NCBI GenBank assembly: GCA_964493485.1
Contig: CAZBMQ010000005.1
Span: 3,832 to 67,831 of the forward strand
DNA from: an uncultured Candidatus Saccharibacteria bacterium
GTDB lineage: Bacteria; Patescibacteriota; Minisyncoccia; Minisyncoccales; JANBVM01
Direction: 5' to 3'
DNA length: 64,000 nucleotides
Of the stretch, positions 1-8,895 are shown one piece after another (position 1 is the first letter of the stretch; each line of letters begins with the position of its first letter). The notes beneath the pieces were generated by a model, which was not told the origin of the DNA, searched no databases, and worked only from the letters and a program-made list of their open reading frames with translations. A program made the position numbers and the translations under genes.

Positions 1-437
1 TTAGCATTTTTGCCTTATTTTGATGTAATTCCTTTTATTCCTTATTTTCCTTTACAAATTCCTCTCCATAAAAATCTAAATTATATAGTTAATAATGTTC
101 TTTTAGCAACATTTACTTTTTTTCTAATAGGATTAGCGGCTCATATTTTTATTGATACAATTAAAAAAAGAGGGGTTGAATTAAAAAAACAAAGAAAGCA
201 TTAGAAGAGGAAAGAACAACGCTTGAGATTAAAGTTAAGGCAAGAACTAAAGAATTGGAGGAACTATCTGAAAGCCTCAAAGAAAAGGTAAAAGAAAGAA
301 CAAAAGAATTAGAAGAAAAAATGAAAGAATTAAAAGAATTCAATAAATTAGCGATAGGAAGAGAATTAAAAATGATAGAATTAAAACAAGAAATTAAAAA
401 ATTAAAAGAAGAACTCAAAAGACTAAAAAATAAATAA
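1..437 (+). pseudogene. Membrane-anchored coiled-coil (signalling-helix-like) protein; 5' end off-window; frame broken at an A7 run
   Basis: Frame 1 is open from nt 1 to TAG 202-204 and has a TM-like segment (LLATFTFFLIGLAAHIFI). Frame 3 is open 180-437 and continues as the heptad-rich KKALEEERTTLEIKVKARTKELEE...LAIGRELKMIELKQEIKKLKEEL. One extra A in the A7 run 183-189 would fuse the two frames. Confidence 0.5.
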
Positions 438-438
438 A

Positions 439-537
439 ATGCAAGAAATAATCTCAAAAGAAGAATTAAACTTCTGTAAATGTAATTAATGTTATTTCCA
501 GGGCGATATTCATTATGAATACCTATTAAAATGGTGA
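439..537 (+). pseudogene. Deletion remnant of a third copy of the 200-aa paralog family found at 1002-2233
   Basis: One frame reads MQEIISKEELNFCKCN*CYFQGDIHYEYLLKW*. The N-terminus matches MEQIISKEEFN (1634) and the C-terminus matches C..GNQYHEFILKW / GGRYHEFQLQW. About 170 codons are missing and there is an internal TAA. Confidence 0.5.
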
Positions 538-551
538 TATTTTAAAAAATA

Positions 552-986
552 ATGAAAAAGAAGAAGCCTTCAAAATATTTGCAGGAATGTATAGATAAAA
601 ACGGGAAGAGAAGAAGCCCCAGGTTGCCTTCTAATATCAAAAATTTAATAATAGATATAGATGGTGTAATATGTGAAGATATCCCAAATGAAGAACCAGA
701 AAGAATGGTAAAAGCAAAAGAAATACCTGGTGCACGAGAACAAATAAATAAGTGGTATGATGAAGGTCATATAATTACTTTTTTTACTTCTAGAACAGAA
801 GATTTAAAGAAAATTACTATTAATTGGCTAAAGGCTCATAAATTTAAATATCACAATATAATATTCGGAAAACCAAGAGGAGGAAATTATCACTATATTG
901 ATGACACACACATAAGAGCAACAACTTTTAAAGGAAAATTTGGAAAATTTATATATAAAATAAAAAAAATTCAGGTATTTGAATAA
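552..986 (+). CDS. HAD-superfamily phosphatase (nucleotidase-like)
   Basis: HAD motif I is IIDIDGVICED, motif II is FFTSRT, and motifs III/IV are GKP....YIDD. The protein is 144 aa and heads a nucleotide-salvage cluster. Confidence 0.6.
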   Translation: MKKKKPSKYLQECIDKNGKRRSPRLPSNIKNLIIDIDGVICEDIPNEEPERMVKAKEIPGAREQINKWYDEGHIITFFTSRTEDLKKITINWLKAHKFKYHNIIFGKPRGGNYHYIDDTHIRATTFKGKFGKFIYKIKKIQVFE

Positions 987-1001
987 ATTTAAAACTACCC
1001 T

Positions 1002-1604
1002 ATGAACCCAATACTCTCAAAAGAAGAATTGGAAAAATTGTCAGGTTTAAAAGGGAATGTAAGAGGAATGGGAATGAAAAATTACGCAAAATTCATTTTA
1101 GAGAAAGAAGGAAAAGAAGGATTGAAAAAATTAGAAGAGGCAATGGCTCAGATTGGATATCCTGTAAAATATGAAGAATTGAAAGCAATGAGTTTGTATC
1201 CACTCCGAACAGAAACTGCTACCTTGATACTAATTAAAAGGCTTTTTAATTATGATGATAGAAAATTTCAAGAAATGGGAAGATTTGGAGTAAAGTTTTC
1301 AATGCTTATTAAGCTTTTCATGAAATATTTTGTGTCTTTAGAAAAATTAGTAAAAGAAGCTCCAAAAATGTGGAAAAAAGGAGGAACATTGGGAGATTTT
1401 AGGGTTGCTGAATATGATTTAGTAAAAAAACAACTTACACTGAGGATTGAAAATTTCAATGTCCATCCTTTATATTGTGAAATTTTTAAAGGATATTTTG
1501 CAGGTGCGTTTCAAATGATTATTAATAAAAAAATAGAATGCAAAGAAACAGAATGTTCTTTTAAGGGAGGGAGATATCATGAATTTCAACTTCAATGGCA
1601 GTAA
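1002..1604 (+). CDS. Uncharacterised 200-aa protein, paralog A (possibly DUF2378/V4R-like ligand-binding fold)
   Basis: Full-length ORF. It shares architecture and a C-terminal C..E..C...G..YHEF.L.W motif with 1634-2233. The family name is recalled by overall pattern only. Confidence 0.6.
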   Translation: MNPILSKEELEKLSGLKGNVRGMGMKNYAKFILEKEGKEGLKKLEEAMAQIGYPVKYEELKAMSLYPLRTETATLILIKRLFNYDDRKFQEMGRFGVKFSMLIKLFMKYFVSLEKLVKEAPKMWKKGGTLGDFRVAEYDLVKKQLTLRIENFNVHPLYCEIFKGYFAGAFQMIINKKIECKETECSFKGGRYHEFQLQWQ

Positions 1605-1633
1605 ATCACCGAATTTTAAGATTTAATACAATC

Positions 1634-2233
1634 ATGGAACAGATAATTTCAAAAGAAGAATTCAATAAATTAATGTCGCTTAAAGGAGAAGTAAAGGGAA
1701 ATGGGATGAAAACCCATGCAAAATTTATTTTAGAGAAAGAAGGAAAAGAAGGATTGAAAAAATTAGAAGAGGCAATGGCTCAGATTGGATATCCTGTAAA
1801 ATATGACAAGATAAAAGCAACCGCTCTTTATCCTTTAGGAGCTGAGGCTCTTACATTAGTAGCCATAAAAAGACTTTTTAATTATGACAAAGAAACATTC
1901 ATAGAAATGGGGAAATTCCATGCTAAGTTCTCCTTGATTATCAGACTCTTTATGCGCTATTTCTTTTCTCCACAAAGAATACAAAAAGAAGCTCCTAAAA
2001 TATGGAAATCATATTTTACAGTGGGGAGATTAGAGGTTTTAGATCTAGATATGGAAAGAAAATCTGTAATCTTTAGAATATATGATTTTAAGTTTCATCC
2101 TATCCACTGTATTCTTTTATTGGGTATCTTTCCTACTGTTTTACAGATGATTTTTAAAAATCCAGTAAAATGTGAAGAAACAAAATGCATTCACAGAGGT
2201 AACCAGTATCACGAGTTTATACTAAAGTGGTAA
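1634..2233 (+). CDS. Uncharacterised 200-aa protein, paralog B of 1002-1604
   Basis: The start is set at ATG 1634 (MEQIISKEEF), which aligns with MNPILSKEEL of paralog A. An internal 80-nt stretch is identical to paralog A. Confidence 0.6.
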   Translation: MEQIISKEEFNKLMSLKGEVKGNGMKTHAKFILEKEGKEGLKKLEEAMAQIGYPVKYDKIKATALYPLGAEALTLVAIKRLFNYDKETFIEMGKFHAKFSLIIRLFMRYFFSPQRIQKEAPKIWKSYFTVGRLEVLDLDMERKSVIFRIYDFKFHPIHCILLLGIFPTVLQMIFKNPVKCEETKCIHRGNQYHEFILKW

Positions 2234-2237
2234 TTCT

Positions 2238-2825
2238 ATGGATTTAACCTTAATTTTAGGACCAATGAAAAGTGGTAAATCTCTAGAATTAATAGAGTAT
2301 TTTTTTAATATCCAAAAGAAAAATATCCCTTTTAAACTCTACCAACCATTAAAAAATGTAAGAGATAAACATATAAATTCGAGAGCAGGGCTTTTTATTA
2401 AAGCTGAAAAAATAAAAGATTTGTTTGAAATAAAAGAAGGAAATGCAAAAATTATAGGCATTGACGAAATCCATATGTTTAAAAAAGAAGAAGTAAAAGC
2501 AATTGAAAGGCTATTAGAAAAACGAATAAAAGTTATTGCGGCTGGATTGGATAGAGATTACAAAGGAGAAATATTTTCAATCATTAAGCAACTATTAAAA
2601 TTAAACCCTGACAAAGTAGAATTCAAAAAATCCATCTGCGAAATATGTGGTAAATCTGAAGCTGTATATACACAAATATATAAAGACAATAAACCAATAT
2701 TAGATGGGCTTCCTCCTTGCGTACCTGATGATGGAACCTATCAATACAAGCCTGTATGCGCCAATTGTTTCCAAAGAAAATATGATCTTAGGTACAGACA
2801 AGTTATTAAAATTAATACAAAATAA
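2238..2825 (+). CDS. tdk: Thymidine kinase
   Basis: P-loop GPMKSGKSLELI, and a C-terminal zinc motif CEICG...C..C. The 195-aa size is typical of type II TK. Confidence 0.85.
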   Translation: MDLTLILGPMKSGKSLELIEYFFNIQKKNIPFKLYQPLKNVRDKHINSRAGLFIKAEKIKDLFEIKEGNAKIIGIDEIHMFKKEEVKAIERLLEKRIKVIAAGLDRDYKGEIFSIIKQLLKLNPDKVEFKKSICEICGKSEAVYTQIYKDNKPILDGLPPCVPDDGTYQYKPVCANCFQRKYDLRYRQVIKINTK

Positions 2826-3330
2826 AGGATTGATACAAGGTTTAGATAAAAAAGAAATAAACATAGAGGGCTGTGGAATTGACCTTAGAATAGGAGAAAT
2901 ATATGAAATGCAAAAAGGCAAAGGATTTATATATCGAAAAACCAGAAAAACTCCAAATTATAAATTGCTGGCAAAATTCAAAAAAGAAAAAACACAAAAA
3001 ATAAAATTAGAGCCTGGTAAATTTTATATTGCAAAAACAATAGAAGTAATAAACACACCAAAAAATCTTTTCGGAATCTTCATACCAAGGGGAACTTTTT
3101 TTGCTAATGGGGTATTGGTTTTAGGATTCAGGGTAGACCCAGGCTATAAAGGAAACTTCAGGTTTCACTTAGTTAATATAGGAGGAGGAGATTTTGAAAT
3201 AGAAATGGGAGCAAGAATTGCAAATATGATTTTTCTTAAGGTGGATGGAAAAACAAATCCTTATATAGGCCAATGGCAAGGAGGAAGGGTATTTATTAAA
3301 AAAGAAGAAAAACAAACCAAACAAAGATAA
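2782..3330 (+). CDS. dcd: dCTP deaminase / dUTPase-fold protein
   Basis: The start is set at ATG 2782 (MILGTDKLLKLIQNKGLI, a dcd-like N-terminus). It has a GCGIDLRIGE motif and VDPGYKG.F.FHL.N, typical of the dcd family. It overlaps the tdk 3' end by 44 nt. Confidence 0.75.
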   Translation: MILGTDKLLKLIQNKGLIQGLDKKEINIEGCGIDLRIGEIYEMQKGKGFIYRKTRKTPNYKLLAKFKKEKTQKIKLEPGKFYIAKTIEVINTPKNLFGIFIPRGTFFANGVLVLGFRVDPGYKGNFRFHLVNIGGGDFEIEMGARIANMIFLKVDGKTNPYIGQWQGGRVFIKKEEKQTKQR

Positions 3331-3372
3331 AAATCTCAGCAGATAAAAAAAGAACCCATAAATTTATGGGTG

Positions 3373-4038
3373 TTATATTTTTTGATTTAACAAAACCCCT
3401 TTGGCTTTATCAAGAAACTCCATTGTTTTATTAAACTGTTCTTGAGTAATTTTCTCTCTGTATAAATAGTATTTTAATACAGTCGAAAGTCTCAATCTTC
3501 TATGTACTTTATATCCATATCTTGCTAGAAATTGAGCTCCTCCCTGATCTCTATCTAATAAAACCACTATATCTTTTACCTTCAATCCATTTTCTTCTAA
3601 AATCTTAATCGCCTTTAGTATAGTAGTTCCGCTTGAAAGTACATCATCAATTACTACTACTGTCTTGCCTCTCTCAAATACTCCATCTATCCCGCTTTCT
3701 ATCCCGTGGCTCTTTTTGCTCAATCTGGGTGTTATAATTGGTTTTTTTGTCAAATAAGAAAGAATAGAGACAAAATAACTGGCAGATGTTGGAATATCTG
3801 CAAGATAATGAAACATAAGATTATTTATCATTCCCTTGAAAAGATCTACTGTTTTTATCATATCGTTTGGAAAAGATCTAAGCGCCCGGAAATCAATATA
3901 GATAGGAGACGGGGGGAGCTCTGGATATTCCTCATGGATATTAATCCAGAATCTTCCAAATTTCACAACTTTTCTCAAAAACAACATATCTAAAAACCTT
4001 GTTTCTTTTATGTCTAAAGTGAAAGGAAAAAATTCCAT
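3373..4038 (-). CDS. pyrE: Orotate phosphoribosyltransferase-like type I PRTase
   Basis: SPIYIDFR (compare SPIY.D.R of PyrE) and the PRPP-binding motif TVVVIDDVLSSGTT. The ordering R.SKK.HG...I.G matches PyrE as recalled. Confidence 0.65.
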   Translation of the reverse strand: MEFFPFTLDIKETRFLDMLFLRKVVKFGRFWINIHEEYPELPPSPIYIDFRALRSFPNDMIKTVDLFKGMINNLMFHYLADIPTSASYFVSILSYLTKKPIITPRLSKKSHGIESGIDGVFERGKTVVVIDDVLSSGTTILKAIKILEENGLKVKDIVVLLDRDQGGAQFLARYGYKVHRRLRLSTVLKYYLYREKITQEQFNKTMEFLDKAKGVLLNQKI

Positions 4039-4163
4039 TTTTCATCCCTCTTAAATTGTAAATAATAAATCAATAAATTCTCTATTGATATTAACTCTCA
4101 AATAATAAATGTCAATAAAATTAGGGTTTCCAAATCATAAAAGTTTATATAGAATAAAATAAT

Positions 4164-4700
4164 ATGAAAACAACCAATCAAATAGAAAAATTAATAAAAG
4201 AAAAAATAAGAGAAATTCCTGACTGGCCTCAAAAAGGAGTAAATTTTAAAGATATTACTCCATTACTTGAAGATAAAAAAGCATTCTTGAAAACAATCAA
4301 TGCTTTAGCAAAACCATATTTAAATAAAAAAATCGACAAGATTGTGGGAATTGATGCCAGGGGGTTTTTAATAGCAGCTGCCATGGCATATAAATTAAAA
4401 ACTGGAATTGCAATAGTGAGAAAACAAGGCAAGCTTCCTTATAAAACAATTTCTAAAAAATATTCTCTGGAATATGCCAGTAATGTAATTGAAATGCACA
4501 AAGATTCTATCCTGCCGGGAGAAAAAGTATTATTGGTTGACGATGTCTTGGCTACAGGAGGTACAATGAAAGCCACAATAGATTTAGTCAAAAAGCTCAA
4601 AGGAAAAATAGTAGGAATTGAGTTTTTAATTGAATTAACTTTTCTCAAGGGAAGAAACAAATTAAAAAGGTATAAAGTAAGGGCTTTAGCAAAATATTAA
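4164..4700 (+). CDS. apt: Adenine phosphoribosyltransferase
   Basis: IPDWPQKGVNFKDITPLL, VGIDARGF, and the PRPP loop VLLVDDVLATGGT. 178 aa. Confidence 0.9.
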   Translation: MKTTNQIEKLIKEKIREIPDWPQKGVNFKDITPLLEDKKAFLKTINALAKPYLNKKIDKIVGIDARGFLIAAAMAYKLKTGIAIVRKQGKLPYKTISKKYSLEYASNVIEMHKDSILPGEKVLLVDDVLATGGTMKATIDLVKKLKGKIVGIEFLIELTFLKGRNKLKRYKVRALAKY

Positions 4701-4704
4701 TTCT

Positions 4705-5511
4705 ATGAAAAAAGAAAAAATTAAAATAGGACTAATCGGAGGTACAGGGTTTTATGATTTCTTTTTAGGAAAAATAAAAGAAATTGAGGTAAAGACAAAA
4801 TTTGGAAAACCAAGCGATAAAATTATAATAGGGGAGTTGTTTAATAAAAAAATTGCTTTTTTACCAAGACATGGCAAAAAACATCAATATCCGCCCCATA
4901 AAATTCCATATAGAGCAAATATTTATGCTTTAAAACAACTTGGCGTGGAAAGAATAATTGCTCCTTGTGCAGTGGGATCTCTCAAACAAAATATAAAACC
5001 TGGAGATTTTGTAATATGCGACCAATTTATTGATAGAACCAAAAAAAGACAGGATACCTTTTTTAACGGACCACAGGTAGCTCACATAGAAACAGCATAT
5101 TCCTATTGTCCTCAACTAAGAAAAATAGCTATAGCACAAGCTAAAAAATTAAAATTCAGATTTCATCAAAAAGGCACGGTGGTTGTAATTGAAGGACCAA
5201 GGTTCTCCACGCTTTCTGAAAGTCTATGGTTCTCAAAGATGCAATGGGATTTAGTTAATATGACTCAATATCCTGAGGTAGTGTTGGCAAATGAACTTGG
5301 TATATGTTATTTGAACATCTCTTTAGTGACTGATTACGATGTTGGAATCTACGCAAAAACAAAAATAAAGCCTGTATCAGTCGAACAGGTACTCAAAACA
5401 TTTAAAAAGAATACAGAAAAATTAAAAAAGTTAATTTCAGCTATTATAAAGGAAATTCCAGAACACAAAAAGTGTGACTGCCTTAAAAAGGCTGAACGAG
5501 CTCGACTATGA
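4705..5511 (+). CDS. mtnP: S-methyl-5'-thioadenosine phosphorylase / purine nucleoside phosphorylase
   Basis: IGLIGGTG, FLPRHGKKHQYPPHKIPYRANIYALK, and GDFVICDQFIDRT are typical MTAP motifs. Confidence 0.85.
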   Translation: MKKEKIKIGLIGGTGFYDFFLGKIKEIEVKTKFGKPSDKIIIGELFNKKIAFLPRHGKKHQYPPHKIPYRANIYALKQLGVERIIAPCAVGSLKQNIKPGDFVICDQFIDRTKKRQDTFFNGPQVAHIETAYSYCPQLRKIAIAQAKKLKFRFHQKGTVVVIEGPRFSTLSESLWFSKMQWDLVNMTQYPEVVLANELGICYLNISLVTDYDVGIYAKTKIKPVSVEQVLKTFKKNTEKLKKLISAIIKEIPEHKKCDCLKKAERARL

Positions 5512-6125
5512 AACAAAAATATCTCAAAAATTTAGTCTCTTTTTTTTATGAAATTGGTACATTAAGAAAAATTCTAAGAATGCATCAGCAAGCTTTTCTC
5601 ACCAGTGATCCATCTGATAATATTGCCTCTCATTCGTTTAGAACAGCTGTTATAGGTTATTTTCTGGCAAAAGAATTAAAAGCAAATGCTGATAAAGTGA
5701 TAAAAATGTGCCTGTTGCATGACATTGAAGAAACAAGATGCGGCGACCAAAACTGGATTCATAAAAGATATGTAAAAGTGTTTGAAGAAGAAATCAGAGA
5801 GGGCCAGCTAAAACCACTTCCTAATTCTCAAGAAATGTTAAAACTATCTGAAGAATACCAACAAAGAAAAACATTAGAAGCCAAAATTGCAAAAGATGCT
5901 GATATACTTGATGAAATCTTTCTTATAAGAGAATATGGTGCATTGCAGGGAAATAAAGAAGCCTCCACCTGGTTGAAGGCCGTAACAAAAAAAGATCCAA
6001 AGAAAAAAAGCTACCAAGAGAAAAGATTATTTACAAAACTAGCCGAAGAGATTGCAAAGGAAGCTAAAAAACAAAATCCCAGCCAATGGTGGAAGAGTCT
6101 GTGGACTGCAGAGAGAAGAAAATAA
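5508..6125 (+). CDS. HD-domain phosphohydrolase (YfbR-like 5'-deoxynucleotidase family)
   Basis: H...HS and LLHDIEETRCGD motifs. It overlaps the mtnP stop by 4 nt and has a paralog at 17285-17896. Confidence 0.7.
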   Translation: MKQKYLKNLVSFFYEIGTLRKILRMHQQAFLTSDPSDNIASHSFRTAVIGYFLAKELKANADKVIKMCLLHDIEETRCGDQNWIHKRYVKVFEEEIREGQLKPLPNSQEMLKLSEEYQQRKTLEAKIAKDADILDEIFLIREYGALQGNKEASTWLKAVTKKDPKKKSYQEKRLFTKLAEEIAKEAKKQNPSQWWKSLWTAERRK

Positions 6126-6129
6126 AAAA

Positions 6130-6693
6130 TTACTCCACTCTTCTTACATATTCTCCATTCTCTGTATTCACTTCAATAACATCTCCGGTTTCAATAAAAC
6201 CGGGGGTATTTATTTTAGCTCCAGTTTCTAAAACCACTGTTTTTGTACCTGATTGAGCTCTCTCACCTTTCAGACTCGGGGGAGAGTCAACAACCTTTAA
6301 TGCAACCTTTATTGGCAGAGAAATATTTATTATCTCATCCTCAAAAATTAAAGCCTCAACCTCTTGATTCTGTTTAAGAAAATCTTTCTTTTCTCCAATT
6401 TGCTCTTCGCTTAAATCAAACCTTTTTGAAGGATTGTCTTTTTCGCAGAAAAAATATCTTCCTCTATGAGAATATAGGAATTTAGCTCCTATCTTTGAAA
6501 TCTCAGCTTCTTCAAAAGAATCCGAAGGATGGAATGTGCGAGAAAATACATTCCCCGTCCTCAAATTCCTTACCTTTGTCTGCAACACAGAATGACCCCT
6601 TGCCTTAAACATTGGGGCTGCCTCAATTATCTCATAGGGGTCTTTATCTACAATTATTTTCACTCCTTTTTTTAACTCAGAATAAGAAATCAT
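6130..6693 (-). CDS. efp: Translation elongation factor P
   Basis: N-terminus MISYSELKKGVKIIVDKDPYEIIE...KARGHSVLQTKVRNLRTG. The 187-aa size and architecture fit EF-P. Confidence 0.9.
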   Translation of the reverse strand: MISYSELKKGVKIIVDKDPYEIIEAAPMFKARGHSVLQTKVRNLRTGNVFSRTFHPSDSFEEAEISKIGAKFLYSHRGRYFFCEKDNPSKRFDLSEEQIGEKKDFLKQNQEVEALIFEDEIINISLPIKVALKVVDSPPSLKGERAQSGTKTVVLETGAKINTPGFIETGDVIEVNTENGEYVRRVE

Positions 6694-6711
6694 AAAATAT
6701 AAATACTAAAC

Positions 6712-6740
6712 AATATCAAAACTCTAAATCCAAATGTCAA
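6712..6740 (-). promoter_or_regulatory. Sigma70-type promoter for efp
   Basis: The minus strand reads TTGACA (6740-6735), a 17-nt spacer, then GATATT (6717-6712). It lies 19 nt upstream of the efp ATG. Confidence 0.5.
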
Positions 6741-6834
6741 AAAACCTTATCATTAAGTTTTGAATTTTGCTGATTTGGATTTTAAGCTTAGTGTTTAGAA
6801 TTTTATTTGTAATTTAATATTTAGTATTTAATAT

Positions 6835-7311
6835 TTATTTAATTGTTCTCCATTCGATATCCTTTTCCTCTCCTGCAAACTCCAGCCAATTTCCTCTCTC
6901 ATCAATCACAAACCATTTTCTCTTTGTCTCAGACCATACCATGGGATTTCCTTGATAATAGGGTTTTTTTACAATTTCTTTTGGTTTTAACCTATCTAAT
7001 TCCAACCATTTTTTAAAAACAGTCTCAATGGCATAATCCAAATTCCTTGATTTTGCCCATTCAGCTACCTTATCAATAGCCGCTTTTGCTTTTTTAACAG
7101 AACCTGCCAACTCTAATAATTGTTTTGCAGGTCTAGTGAATCTTGAATAAATAATCTTTTTTTTCTTTGCATTATCTTTTATCTCTTCAAGGCTTAATCC
7201 TTTAGTGTAAAAATAATGATTCACAATCTGTTGGATTGCTGTCTCTTCTTTTATTTTCTTTTTCTGCTTCGCCGACTGACGAATTTTTTTCTTTTTTTTA
7301 TTTTTTGGCAT
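6835..7311 (-). CDS. Hypothetical protein with lysine-rich N-terminus
   Basis: Clean 158-aa ORF, co-directional with and 12 nt downstream of the PadR gene. I recognised no family. Confidence 0.5.
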   Translation of the reverse strand: MPKNKKKKKIRQSAKQKKKIKEETAIQQIVNHYFYTKGLSLEEIKDNAKKKKIIYSRFTRPAKQLLELAGSVKKAKAAIDKVAEWAKSRNLDYAIETVFKKWLELDRLKPKEIVKKPYYQGNPMVWSETKRKWFVIDERGNWLEFAGEEKDIEWRTIK

Positions 7312-7323
7312 AAGTTTACCTTA

Positions 7324-7635
7324 TTATTGTAATTTATTCAAGACCTCCTTTAAAAATTTTTTTGCTAAAACCAATTCTTTTTTGCCTTTTTCTGTAATAT
7401 GGTAAATTCTCCTTCGTTCCTTCATTTTGCTTTTGACAAAGCTTTTGCTTTCTAATCTATAAAGCACTCTATAGGGGGTAATTCTGCCAGGTTTAAAACC
7501 AAATTTTTTTTCAATAAGAGAAGGAATTTCCCAAGCATAAATCTCTCTCTCTTTTAACAAAGAAAGGATGTAAACCCATAGATTCTCTTTGGTGTTTGAT
7601 TTTCTTAAACGCTCTAATGGAAGCATATTTTTCAA
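7324..7635 (-). CDS. PadR-family winged-helix transcriptional regulator (paralog 1)
   Basis: LWVYILSLL.E...YAWEI...I...F.F.PG.ITPYRVLYRLE..SFV is a PadR-like pattern. 103 aa. Confidence 0.7.
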   Translation of the reverse strand: MKNMLPLERLRKSNTKENLWVYILSLLKEREIYAWEIPSLIEKKFGFKPGRITPYRVLYRLESKSFVKSKMKERRRIYHITEKGKKELVLAKKFLKEVLNKLQ

Positions 7636-7642
7636 AAAGGTG

Positions 7643-7670
7643 TTGACAAACTATTTTACCTGTGTAAAAT
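7643..7670 (+). promoter_or_regulatory. Sigma70-type promoter for the inositol-phosphate synthase gene
   Basis: TTGACA 7643-7648, a 16-nt spacer, then TAAAAT 7665-7670. It sits in the 56-nt divergent region shared with the PadR gene. Confidence 0.55.
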
Positions 7671-7691
7671 ATTTTATAATAGTATAATATT

Positions 7692-8795
7692 ATGAGACAG
7701 GAAATAAAAATTGCTATTGCAGGTTTAGGAAACTGCGCTTCGTCTTTAATACAGGGAATTTTTTATTATAAAGATGTAAAAACAGACGATGAATTAATTC
7801 CAGGGTTAATGCACAATATTATAGAAAAATATAAACCTGCTGATATAAAAATTGTGGCTGCCTTTGATATTGATAAAAGAAAAGTAGGGAAGGATGTTTC
7901 CAAAGCAATATTTTCAAAACCTAACTGTACAAGAACCTTCTATTCTAAAATACCAAATTTAAACACAAAAGTAAAAATGGGACCTGTATTAGATGGAGTG
8001 CCAAAACATATGAAAGAATATCCAGAAGAAAAAAGGTTTATGATAGCTAAAGAAAAACCAGTAGATGTAATAGATGAATTAAAAAAATCAAAAGCTGAAA
8101 TTTTGATAAATTATTGTCCTGTTGGTTCTCAAAAAGCAAGCGAATTTTATGCCAAAGCAGCATTAAAAGCAAATTGCGCTTTTATCAATTGTATGCCTGT
8201 ATTTATCGTGTCTAATAAAAAATGGGCTAAAAGATTTAAACAAAAAAATATTCCTTGTATAGGAGATGATATAAAATCTCAGATAGGAGCCACAATTGTT
8301 CACAGAGTTCTCTCTCATCTTTTCTCAGAAAGGGGAGTAAAAATAGATAAATCCTATCAATTAAATGTTGGAGGCAATACAGATTTTTTGAATATGCTTT
8401 CCAGAAAAAGACTAAAGTCAAAAAAAATATCTAAAACAGAAAGTGTGGAATCTCAATTATCAAAAAGATTAAGCTATGACAATTTGCATATAGGACCTTC
8501 AGATTATGTTCCATGGCTAAAGGACAACAAAATCTGTTTCATTCGAATTGAAGGCAGAAAATTCGGCAATGTACCTGTAGAGCTTGAATTAAGATTATCA
8601 GTAGAAGATTCGCCAAACTCAGCAGGATGTGTAATAGACGCTATTAGGTTAATCAAAATCGCTTTGGATAGAAAAATAGGAGGACCTTTGATTTCAGCTT
8701 CAGCTTATTTTATGAAACACCCTCCTCAACAGTTTACAGATGAAAAAGCTCGTGAAATGGTCGAAGAATTTATTTTAGGGAAAAGAGAAAAATAA
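7692..8795 (+). CDS. ino1: myo-Inositol-1-phosphate synthase (short archaeal/bacterial type)
   Basis: N-terminal IKIAIAGLGNCASSLIQGIFYY. The 367-aa size and overall pattern fit the MIPS family. Confidence 0.8.
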   Translation: MRQEIKIAIAGLGNCASSLIQGIFYYKDVKTDDELIPGLMHNIIEKYKPADIKIVAAFDIDKRKVGKDVSKAIFSKPNCTRTFYSKIPNLNTKVKMGPVLDGVPKHMKEYPEEKRFMIAKEKPVDVIDELKKSKAEILINYCPVGSQKASEFYAKAALKANCAFINCMPVFIVSNKKWAKRFKQKNIPCIGDDIKSQIGATIVHRVLSHLFSERGVKIDKSYQLNVGGNTDFLNMLSRKRLKSKKISKTESVESQLSKRLSYDNLHIGPSDYVPWLKDNKICFIRIEGRKFGNVPVELELRLSVEDSPNSAGCVIDAIRLIKIALDRKIGGPLISASAYFMKHPPQQFTDEKAREMVEEFILGKREK

Positions 8796-8895
8796 CCTTT
8801 ACAAAGTAAAAAGAAGTCTAAATCCTAAACATATTATTTCAAACATTTGATTTTGAGTTTTGATAATTTAGGGTTTTGGATTTATTAAATTAGCT

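Noticed and set aside
161-457. 98-aa minus-strand ORF antisense to the coiled-coil gene
   Set aside because: It is a mirror-image low-complexity translation (S/L/F-rich) of a K/E-rich coiled-coil coding region. This is a typical antisense artefact. The same reasoning applies to most other antisense ORFs in the track, for example 3706-3993, 9573-9791, 10907-11173, 15472-15774, 27671-27994, 35531-35875, 39778-40149, 47888-48178 and 51030-51368.
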